From contig NC_082715.1 in the NCBI RefSeq assembly GCF_030144855.1, forward strand, positions 135,098,001 through 135,162,000: DNA of 64,000 bases. Direction: 5' to 3'. This DNA is from Hypanus sabinus. Its lineage: Eukaryota. The notes under the pieces were generated by a model. That model had not been told where the DNA came from, searched no databases, and worked only from the letters and a program-made list of their open reading frames with translations. A program made the position numbers and the translations under genes. Shown here one piece after another: positions 13,480 to 23,289 of this stretch (position 1 is its first letter; the number at the start of each line of letters is the position of its first letter).

Positions 13480-13685
13480 TGTCACTTTAAGGACTCTATC
13501 TTGTTATTTCATGCTTGTTATTTATTGCTATTTATTTATAATTCCACAGTTTGTTGTTCATTGATGCTGTTTACAGTGACTATTCTATAGATTTCCTAAG
13601 TATCCCTGCAGGAAAAAAAATCTCAAGATTGAATGTGGTGACGTGTATGTATTCTGATAATAAATTTTACTCTAAACTTTAATAG
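13480..13685 (+). repeat. short interspersed repeat matching the Rex1-type 3' UTR at ~58870-59030
   Basis: Shares TTTCATGCT..TATTGCTATTTATTTATA...ATCTCA...TGGTGA..TGTATGT..TCTGAT with the LINE tail at 58886-59026. Confidence 0.55.
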
Positions 13686-14214
13686 AGGCATTTTGAACTT
13701 TCTTCCCACTTCCAAAGATGTATGAGTCAGTGTTAGAAGTTGTGAGCATGCTATGTTAGTGCTCGAAGTGGTGCGACATTTGTGGGCTACCACAGCATAT
13801 CTCTGACGCACATAACCATTTAAATGTATGGTTTAATGTTTTGACATATACCTGACAAATAATGAGAGCTAATCTTTAATAAGTGAGAGACATGTCCCTC
13901 AAAGATCAGTGTGGTCATCCACATGCGGAGGCTCAGGGGATGGAAGAGATTTTAAATGAATACTTCTTGTTTGTATTTACTCTGGTGAATATGATGAAAG
14001 CTAATGATTTAAGGGAATGATTCATCAACTCCTTGTGCATATTGGCATTACAAACTTTAAGCCACATGAAGGAGAATACATCACCAATGTCTCATAATGT
14101 TGATCCTTGGATACTGTGGAGAAGCAAGGAAAGTGTTTGTATGTGTCCTAAAAGAAATATTTATATAATCTTCTGGCCAGATAAATGGAGGGTTGATAAT
14201 GGTGTGTCTTAAAA

Positions 14215-14845
14215 CTGTAAGACCACAAGACCAGGAGCAGAATTGGGCCACTGTGCTCATTGAGTCTGCTCTGCCATTTCATTATGGCTGATTCATTGCT
14301 CCCTCAACTCCATTCTCCTGCCTTCTCCGCATAACCTTCCATGGCCTCTCTTATAAGGAATCTATCAACTTCCACTTTAAATATACCCAATTACCTGGTC
14401 TCGACAGCTGCCTGTGGCAACCAATTCCACAGATTCATTACTCTCGGAATAAAGAAATTCCTCCTGCTCCTCCTCTTTCTAAAGGGATGTCCCTTTATTC
14501 TGGAGCTGTGCCCTCTGGTCTTAGACTCCCCCACTGAAGAAAACATACTCGCCACATCAAATTTTTCTGGGCTTTTCACCATTCAATAGATTTCAAGGAG
14601 ACTCCCCGTCATTCTTCAGAATTCCAGTGAGTACAGGTGCAGAGCCACCAAACATTTTTCATACGATAAACCTTTCAATCCTGAAACCATTCTCGTAAAT
14701 ACCATTGGTGATTCCACACTTGGAATACTGCACACAGTCGTAGTCTCCCAGCTACAGAAAAGATGTCATTAAGTTGGAAAGGGTGCAGAAAAGATTCGTA
14801 CCAGGACTGGAGAGCTCGAGTTATAAAGGAAAGCTGGATTGTGTT
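14215..14845. mobile_element. old CR1 3' fragment with inversion
   Basis: Minus ORF 14391-14582 gives SKTRGHS..RRNFF..RVMNLWN; a plus-strand piece follows at ~14700-14845. Confidence 0.75.
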
Positions 14846-15479
14846 CCTACCAAAGGGAAAAAACGACTGGAATCGCTTTGAATTTTTGTGTGTCATAAAT
14901 CAAGCTTACAAAAATTAGTTTAAAGAAAACTGCCAATATTTACAAAAAGATATCTGCCATGACACAATAAATCACTGCATACTATTTGTCCAGTGTGAAC
15001 TCATCGTAGCTCGATCTCTGAGAGCGAAGAACCCTGTCAACTATGCACAAACTTAAATTAAGACTACACATAATTTAGTCCAGATGCATGTCATAATGTA
15101 GTTACAATCATATTACAAATTAAAGAGAAGTATCTACGTTACATACAGCACACAAACAATATATACGCACTTGCACATCCGGTCACTAAAGAAAAAGAAT
15201 ATTCCTGTGTGTGTGGCGGGGAAGTACAATAAAACCAATACCTCATGAGAAGGGCAACAGAACTACAACAATACTTGTGTGTGTGTGCGCGCGCGCAAAG
15301 TGCGTTTACCAAGTGTTCTCCGTCTCTATCAGATTGTTTTCCTGAGAAGGTAGGACGATCACATATAATATTATTAAGTGTGTAAATAAGGCAGATGGTC
15401 AGTTTTTTTTCTCTCAGGGTAGGGGATGCCTGTTGATATTTCAGTGAGTTGCTCCAGCATTTTGTGTTTTTCGCTCCCA

Positions 15480-15915
15480 ACAGCGCAGCCATTCACAATT
15501 CGCCGTCTCCGACCCAGCGATCAACTGCGCAGGCGTCGGGGGAGGAGCGAGGGAAAAAAATCCCCGAAATTGCGCATGCGCTCAACGGACAAATGACTCT
15601 GGCGAATTGGACGTAGGTCGAATCAAGGCTGCAGTTTGGGGATCCATCAGTACTGGCGTCGGTACCGCGGCTAACGGAAAACTTCTGTGAGTTCCGGTAA
15701 CATGGTGACCCCGCTAGTTCGGGACAATCTCGGTCCTTTCCCTCTGTCAGCCCCACCTCCCTATTAGGACTCCACTGCAATTTCTGCGGATCAGTAATGG
15801 CGGCGGCGGCGGCGCCATTTCTACTGCGCATGCGCATTACTGGAAGCGTGCCGGATAGATGGGTGTCTTATTCGTGGCGATTTCTGGGTAAAGAGGCAGT
15901 CATGGCTGAAATTTT
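15480..15915 (+). promoter_or_regulatory. CpG promoter + non-coding exon 1 of ZNF-1 (copy B)
   Basis: NRF1 sites at 15571-15581 and 15825-15836. ATGGCG(GCG)nCCAT gives opposed YY1-like sites at 15797-15820. Donor CTGG|GTAAAG at 15888. CpG-rich relative to the flanks. Confidence 0.72.
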
Positions 15916-16059
15916 ACTGCTTTCCTCACCAGTCCGTAGATTGTGTTTGGAAGCACAAGTGGATGGAATATGAGTGGATGGGTCTCCCAAACACGCCGAC
16001 CTCCAGATACCAAATTCCAAGGTTTAGGTACTCGGAACAAAAATATCGTTCATTTTTTA

Positions 16060-17630
16060 TAATAGAATATAGAAGTGTTCTGCTCAGGAACAGGCCATTC
16101 TGCCCACATTATCGTGCCAAACCAGCTGGAAAGCAAATCAAAGTTACCTAAATCCCTCCTACATACACCATGTCTAAATCCCTCCGTCCTCCTTGTTGTT
16201 TCGATGTGTGCATCCAAACTTCTCTTAAAAGCCTCTAATGTATTTGTGTCTACTACCATACTGGGCAGTACATTCCAGGCATCCATGACTGTGAGTAAAA
16301 AAAACTTACCCCTACCACACCCACTCCACCTTAACCTGTCCACTCTCACTGTCAATGCATGCCCTCTGCTATTTGACATTTCAACCCTGGGAAACACATA
16401 CCCTCTGTCCAGTCTATCTCTGCCTCTCATAATCTTATAAACATGTATCAAATCTCCCCTCCAGCGCTCCAGAGAAACCAACCCAAGTTTATTCAGCCTC
16501 TTGTGATAGCACATGCTTTCTGAACCAGCCAGCGTCCTGGTGAGCTAATTCTCCACCTCCAAAGCCTCAACATTCTCCTAAGTTTGGGTGACCAGAATTG
16601 TACTCCAGATGTGGCCAAACTAAAGTTTTATAAAGTTGCAACATAAAAGCAAGCATACCATAAACCCTCTTAACCACTTTGTCAACCTGTGAAGCCACTT
16701 TCAAGAACCTATGAACTTGGATTCCAAGATCTCTCTGCTCAGCAACACAATTAAGGGTCCTGCCCTGAACAGTGTATTGTATCCTTATATTTGCCTATCG
16801 AGCTGCAATCCCTGACATTTATCTGGGTGAATCTCTCCATCTGCCATTTCTCAGCCCATATCTGCGACTGATCTACATTGTACTCTGTTCTTTGCCAGTC
16901 TTTTCCACTATCCACAACTCCATTAATCATGCTGTCATCTGCAAATTTTCCAATCCACTCATCTATCTTTTCATCCAGGTCATTCATATACATTACGAAC
17001 AGCAGAGATCCCAGCACTGATCCCTGTGAAACACCACTAATTACAGACCTCCAGCTGGAATAAGTCACTTCAACAATTACCCTCTGTCTTCTATGTGCAA
17101 ACCTGTTCTGAATCTAAACAGCCAACTTGTATAAATCCCATGCATTTTAATCTTCAGGATTAGCCTCCCATAAGGGACTTTGTCAAAGACCATACTGAAA
17201 TTCATGTAGACAACATCCACTGCCCCACTACACTCATTAATCTCTCTCATCACCTTGTCAAAAAACTCATTCAAGCTGGTAAGCCATGGCTTGCCCTGCA
17301 CAAAGCCATTCTGACTCTCCCTAATTAGGCCATGGGTTTCCAAATGCTTATATATTTTATCCTTCAGAAATTTCTACAGCTATTTCCCTACGACTGACGT
17401 GAGACTCACTGGTCTATACTTCCCAGGATTTTCCCTTGTTCCCTTTTTAAGTAGAGGGACAACATTAGTGACATTCCAGTCTCCAGGACCTCGTCTGTTA
17501 CAAGAGAGGACACAACACTACTGACCAAGGGCCACCTTTGGTAACCTAGGGTAAATCCCAGCAGGCCCTCAGGATTAATCCATCTCAATACCCCTTAGGA
17601 GGCCCAAAACTTCCTCTTCCTTGACCTCCG
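16060..17630 (-). mobile_element. old CR1 ORF2 remnant in ZNF-1 intron
   Basis: GVSQGSVLGSLLF, KFADD, FDKVPYGRL; paralogous to 27280-29005. Confidence 0.85.
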
Positions 17631-17849
17631 AGAACAGGTTGAAGATGGGCAGAAATGGCACATTCTGATGCAGAAAGGAAAACAGAGAATTTGATGGTCA
17701 GTCCAGATGACTGATCTCTGCCCAGTTGGAAGAGGAGGAGGAGTTCCTTCAACGTGGGTTGAATTTCACTTGTTACAGTGTGATGTCAGAGCTCTCCATA
17801 GTGACTAAAATTATCACATCAAAAATGCTGTCCATCACTCATCGATGTA

Positions 17850-18331
17850 TTTTATAAATCTTACAGGGTTAGAAATGGCGAAGAATTCGAGCACCTCAGG
17901 TTTGCTGTCTCTGCATATTTTAAAGAGTGACCAGATATTTCCTCTGTGACACCAATATATTTATTGTGATCCTTGGAGATGAAGAATTTTCTCATTCCAG
18001 CTGAGAATGTGCTTTGTGACTGAGATGAAGATTTCTGTTGTGACTCAGTGAAATCCACTGGAACGGATGTGCTGAGAACACTCGGTCTTCAACTTCTTTA
18101 ATTGTACAAGGGAGTCACTACGTCATACATCTGACTTAGTGAATTGCTAGAGAGTTGACAGTAGGGAGATATCATTCTCATTCTGTTACGTGGAAGGGAT
18201 TCACTCAGTTATCTGACCAACTGTCTCACTGTTCATTTCACCTTAGAGAAAGGCTGTTCACCTCAGAATTTGGGAAGGAATCCATTCAGTCATCTGACCT
18301 ACTGACACACTAATCAGTTCATACTGGGAAG
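17850..18331 (+). other. splice acceptor and 5' UTR of ZNF-1, containing decayed zinc fingers
   Basis: TTTATAAATCTTACAG|G (exon starts 17867) is conserved at 30310-30326. Finger remnants at 18170-18331 have lost a Cys codon. Confidence 0.65.
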
Positions 18332-19348
18332 ATGCTGTTTACTTGCTCAGACTGTGGGAAGGGATTTCCACGGTCATGTCAACTGAAGCTACATCAACGA
18401 GATCACACTGATAAGAAACAGTTCACCTGCTCAGACTGTGGGAAGGGATTTGATTCATCATCTCAGCTGCAGAGACATCGGTCAGTTCACACTGGGAAGA
18501 AACCATTCACCTGCACGGACTGTGGAAAAGGATTCACTCTCTCATCCAACTTATCTAGACATCTGAAAACTCACACTGAGGAAAATCTGTTCAGCTGCTC
18601 AGACTGTGGAAAACGATTCACTCGGTCATCTGACCTTCTCAAACACCAGCCAGTTCACACTGGGAAGTGGTCGTACACCTGCTCAAACTGTGGGAAAGGA
18701 TTCAGTGAGTTATCTGACCTTCGCAGACACCAGTCACTTCACACTGGGATGTGGCCATTTACCTGCTCAAATTGTGGGAAAGGATTCAGTCGGTTATCTG
18801 ATCTGAAAGGACATACGCGAGTTCACACTGGGGAGAGGCCATTCACCTGCTCAGACTGTGGGAAGCAATTCATTTGGTCATCTCACTTGTACAGACACCA
18901 GCGACTTCACTCTGGAGAGAGGCCATTCACCTGTTCCGTGTGTGGGAAAGGGTTTGCTCGATCATCCCACCTACAAAGACATGAGTCAACTCACAGTGTG
19001 AAGAAACCGTTCACCTGCTCAGACTGTGGAAAGGGATTTTGTCAGTCAACAGACCTACTGATACACCAGTCAGTTCACAGGGGGGAGTATTTGTTCACCT
19101 GCTCAGATTGTGGGAAAGGATTCACTCTGTTATACAACCTACAGGTACACCAGCGAACTCACACTGGGGAGAAACCGTTCATCTGCTCAGAGTGTGGGAA
19201 GCGATTTGCTCAGATATCCAACCTGCAGACACACCTGCGAGTGCACACTGGTGAGAGGCCGTTCTCCTGCTCTGAATGTGGGAAGCGATTCAGTCGGACA
19301 TCCGAACTTACGAAACACTACCGAGTTCACAGTGAGGACATAATTTAA
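18332..19348 (+). CDS. tandem C2H2 zinc-finger protein ZNF-1, 12 fingers, no effector domain
   Basis: 338 aa = 12 x CxxC-x12-HxxxH with TGEKP-like linkers; uninterrupted; AATAAA at 19561-19566. Confidence 0.93.
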   Translation: MLFTCSDCGKGFPRSCQLKLHQRDHTDKKQFTCSDCGKGFDSSSQLQRHRSVHTGKKPFTCTDCGKGFTLSSNLSRHLKTHTEENLFSCSDCGKRFTRSSDLLKHQPVHTGKWSYTCSNCGKGFSELSDLRRHQSLHTGMWPFTCSNCGKGFSRLSDLKGHTRVHTGERPFTCSDCGKQFIWSSHLYRHQRLHSGERPFTCSVCGKGFARSSHLQRHESTHSVKKPFTCSDCGKGFCQSTDLLIHQSVHRGEYLFTCSDCGKGFTLLYNLQVHQRTHTGEKPFICSECGKRFAQISNLQTHLRVHTGERPFSCSECGKRFSRTSELTKHYRVHSEDII

Positions 19349-19560
19349 GGATGCCTTATGCTGGATATTTAATCATCAAAGTTGCTGAATCCAGAGACAA
19401 ATTTAAAAGAGACTGTTGGTATTGAACTCACTAATTATTGCTGCTGCTTATCACACCCAGTTCTACACCCTGGCCACTGGACATGAGAGGAGTTTCTTCT
19501 GCTGATGTTCACCTTTAATCCTTTAATGGAAGTGGAAATTAATATTCTGGATCTGTGATT

Positions 19561-19566
19561 AATAAA
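19561..19566 (+). terminator. polyadenylation signal of ZNF-1
   Basis: AATAAA 212 bp after the stop; conserved in the paralog at 32627-32632. Confidence 0.6.
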
Positions 19567-19872
19567 TCAGTTGTATTATATCATTTGCCTTGGGTTCATG
19601 CTGAATTTACAACTCACCCCATGTACAGTAGGGAATCATCTTAGTCCAGTTAGACCCTTCCAGTGTTTCTGTTCCATGATAATCCTTTTAAATCCATCTT
19701 GCTGTTCACCTCTCACTCTTCCTTTGGTGATGGGTTCCAGACAGTTTCCACTGTGGGTGAAGAAGTTTCCCATGAATTTCCTGCATGACTTTCTGCAGAC
19801 TGAAGAAGAAGAAGACAAACTGACTGCAGTTATGTTTCTCTCTCAGATCTCTTGCCTGAGGAAGAATATCCT

Positions 19873-20385
19873 TGTTGGCCAGAAGGGACTACTGTCTACA
19901 AATCATTGGATTTGAATGAATGGAGGTCAGTGGAAGTAGACAAAAAGAACAACAGTCTACAAATCAGTGGATTCAGATGAATCAGGACAGAAGTAGCAGA
20001 CAATCCAAATGTCTTTGTTTTCCCCCATTTTGTGAACTCTGATCTGATACTTGCTTGGGGATAATCTAATCAGAGCAATTGAATGAGGAGTTTCAAGTGC
20101 TGACTTGCTGAACCTGTATTTGTTCTCAGAGGAGTAGCTATTTATTATGCAAAGTTCCAGACCTACCAAAGAAGCAATCTGTAATCACGTGTCTGAGTCA
20201 CCTTGTTTAACTGGTTTGGACTAGTCAGAGTTGAAAGGCACAAATACAGAAAGATGGGAGGGGCAGAAACCATGGAACAACATTGGTTGTAGTGCTGGAC
20301 TAGAACAAGTAAGAAGGTGACTTTGAGCCAATAGAATGGAAATCCACTAATTCAACTGATGAGGGAAACTAAGAGTCTGGAGCTT
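19873..20385 (+). mobile_element. partial ERV LTR (paralog of 32936-33490)
   Basis: Starts TGTTGGCCAGAAGG after the same flank (GAAGAATATCCT) as the 5' LTR at 32936; truncated by L1 sequence. Confidence 0.85.
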
Positions 20386-20389
20386 CAAG

Positions 20390-21935
20390 ATTCAAATAAA
20401 CCAAGGTCTATTTTAGTTTGCTTTCATCACTTTAAAATGAAAGATCAAATTATGAGAGGGCAAGGAAAGTGAGAATTTTCAGATTCAAGATGAGGATTAC
20501 CCGAAGGAGGTAATGGAACAAAGATCAAAATTTGCTTTGGGAATGAAACAGGCATATGATTTTTTAAAAAACTGTACCTGTTCTTGCGTTACCCAACCTG
20601 AATTAAAGTTTTTCCCCCAATTCTTCTGCTCGTACATTTTTTGATCATGAAGATGCACTATACCCACTGTAATTGACGATTGAACTGTGTGGAAGACTGC
20701 TTGGTTATCTGACATCTCATTGGTATTTCGGAAAGAAGATTTATGAAGATCACTTGGACATTTCATTGAGAGACTATTAAAAAGAAGATAAAGGTTCTTG
20801 TTCATTATTGCATATCATTGGTATTTCGGAAAGAAGATACATGGTTCAAATATGTTCAAATGGTTATTCGGACATTTGTCCGAGGAAAATAAGATAAAGG
20901 GACTTGTTCCTTTGACCTATTAATTGGTTTGATGTTTTTTTTTGTTTGTTTCTTAATGAATTGGTAGTTTTTCTTATTAATGGATTTTTATATATATATA
21001 CACACACACACACATATAGCTGGGGAGGGTTCAATTACTTACATAATATTACTAGTTGGTATTTTTGAAAATTTATTTGGGTTAAATATGCTATTAATCT
21101 TTTTTTCCTACTCTTTTTTTGAAGAACTGTGCTGATTTGTTATTAAAAACTATGCTTAGGTTTTTCTAGGTGACATGTTTTAGATCTTAAAAATTGCTTT
21201 TTTTTTCTTTTTTGGTTTAATTTCAATATATCAGTATGTTTTTAGATAATAGAATGTCATACCATCATATAACAGAATTTAAAGCTTTTTTAGGGATTTA
21301 ATGTTAAATTTAAGATGGTGTTGGATTTTCTTTTTCAGCCATAACATAGTTATCTTTAATTTATTGTTTTGGTCCTGTCGGGTTCTTTCTTCATTTAAGA
21401 AAGGCTAAATATGAACATGGGATAGTTTATAGATGTTGGAAATGTAAACATTTTCCTTCATTGAGATTTTGCTTTTCCTCTTACAAGGTCAGTGAGTTTT
21501 GTTTCTTTTAACTAGAGGGAGCGATTTAAAAATCTTTCTGAATTTTCTGTTTTTTTTTCACAGTACATCACTTTGTATCTATTTATGGGGTGCCTGCTAT
21601 CCTTCAGGCTGTGGGGGGAGGGAGTGGGGTTAGAGTTCGGGGGCTTTTCCCATTGGGTGGTTCCGGAGCATGCGTGTTTTCTATATGGTGGTTTCTTCAT
21701 CACTGCCATTTTTGATTATCCCATATTGGTATGTGCTCTGCGCTTGTGTAAAGTAGAATAAAACTCTGTTATGGTATTTAAACGGATTAATGTAATATGC
21801 TGGAATGTGTCTGGTTGGAATCATCCTATCAAACTAAAAAAGACTTTTAAAATCATCAATTGATTCCAATCTGATACAATTTTTGCCCAGGAGACACAAA
21901 TCAGGGCAGGAGATCGAAAGAGATTTTTTAGATGG
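20390..21935 (+). mobile_element. L1-clade fragment (ORF1 end, spacer, ORF2 endonuclease start)
   Basis: DYPKEVMEQRSKF at ~20495; INVICWNVSGWNHPIK...FAQETQ at 21785-21900. Confidence 0.7.
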
Positions 21936-21936
21936 T

Positions 21937-22687
21937 AACCACAAGGAAATCTACAGATGCTGTAAATTCAAATAACACACACAAAATGCTGGTGGAACAC
22001 AGCAGGTCAAGCAGCATCTATAAGGAGAAGCACTGTCGACGGTTCGGGCCGAGACCCTTCGTCAGGACTAGCTGAAGGGAAAGATACTATGAAATTTTAA
22101 ATTTAATAGGGGGAGGGGGAAATGCGAAATGATAGGAAAAGACTGGAGGGGGTGGGATGAAGCTAAGAGCTGTAAAGGTGATTGGTGAAAGTGGTACAGA
22201 GCTGGAGAAGGGAAAGGATCATGGGACGGGAGGACTTGTGAGTAAGAAAGAGGGAGGGGGAAGCACCAGAGGGAGATGGAGAACAGGCAAAGAACTAAAT
22301 AGGTCGGTGATGGGGTAAGAAGGGGAGGAGGGGCATTAACGTAAGTTAGAGAAGTCAATGTTCATGCCATCAGGTTGGAGGCTACCCAGCCGGTATATAA
22401 TGTGTTGTTCCTCCAACCTGAGTTTGGATTCATTTTGACAGTAGAGGAGGCCATGGATAGACATAGCAGAATGTGAATGGGACATGGAATTAAAATGTGT
22501 GGCCACTAGGGGATCCTGCTTTCTCTGGCGGACCGAGCGCAGGTGTACATCCCTTCCCACCGATCTCCCTCCTGGCACTTAAACTTGTAAGCGGAACAAG
22601 TGCTACACCTGCCCTTACACTTCCTCCCTCACCACCATTCAGGACCCCAGACAGTCCTTCCAGGTGAGGCAACATTTCACCTGTGAG
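21937..22687 (-). mobile_element. Penelope 3' fragment with pseudo-LTR and an inverted 5' piece (22548-22687 on +)
   Basis: GIY-YIG C-terminus VATHFNS...RLEEQHIIYRLGSLQPDGMNIDF; the plus-strand piece is the reverse complement of ~50-190. Confidence 0.88.
22035..22069 (-). ncRNA. minimal type-I hammerhead ribozyme motif of the Penelope pLTR (core mutated)
   Basis: Minus strand reads AGTC-CTGACGA-AGGG-TCTCGG-CCC-GAAC-CGTC-GAC; canonical GAAA is GAAC here. Confidence 0.75.
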
Positions 22688-22779
22688 TTTTTTTCTCTCA
22701 GGGTAGGGGATGCCTGTTGATATTTGAGGCCGAGGCCTGAGTTTCTCCAGCATTTTGTGATAGTTGCTCCCAACAGGGC

Positions 22780-23190
22780 ACAATTCGCCCGCAATGACCC
22801 GCGATCAACTGCGCAGGCGTAAGAAGTGCCCAAAAAAATTATTCCCGCAATTGCGCATGCGCAGAACACAACGGACAAACTGGTGAATCGGCAGCAGGAA
22901 GAAGCGGGGCTGCGGCTTCGGGATTCATCAGTACTGGAGTCGGCACTGCGGCTAACGGAAAACTGCTGTGAGTTCCGGTAATATGGTGGCCCCACAAATT
23001 CGGAACAGTCTCGGTGCTTTCCCTCTCTGTCAGCCCCACCTCTCTATTCGGACGCCACTGCGATTTCGCTTATATACAATGGCATCGGCGCCATTTCTGC
23101 TACGCATGCGCATTACTGGAAGCGTGATGGATAGATGGGTATCCTATTCGTGGGGATTTCTGGGTAAAGAGGCCGTCATGGCTGTGATTT
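22780..23190 (+). promoter_or_regulatory. CpG promoter + non-coding exon 1 of ZNF-2 (copy C)
   Basis: Perfect NRF1 site at 22852-22863; proximal site mutated to TACGCATGCGCA (23101-23112); CGCCATTT YY1-like motif; donor CTGG|GTAAAG at 23164. Confidence 0.7.
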
Positions 23191-23289
23191 TACCGCTTTC
23201 CTCACCAGTCCGTAGGGTGTGTTTGGAAGCGTAGGCGGAAGGAATATGATAGGATGGGTCTCCCAAACACTGCCGAACTCAAGCTACCG

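Noticed and set aside
17867-18331. KRAB, SCAN, BTB or FiNZ-like domain upstream of the fingers
   Set aside because: No open frame or recognisable motif in either paralog; only short, non-conserved uORFs.
19571-19915. Paralogous ORFs after the ZNF genes (also 32571-32978)
   Set aside because: They straddle the polyA site and LTR junction, have different starts and no domain; explained by the duplication.
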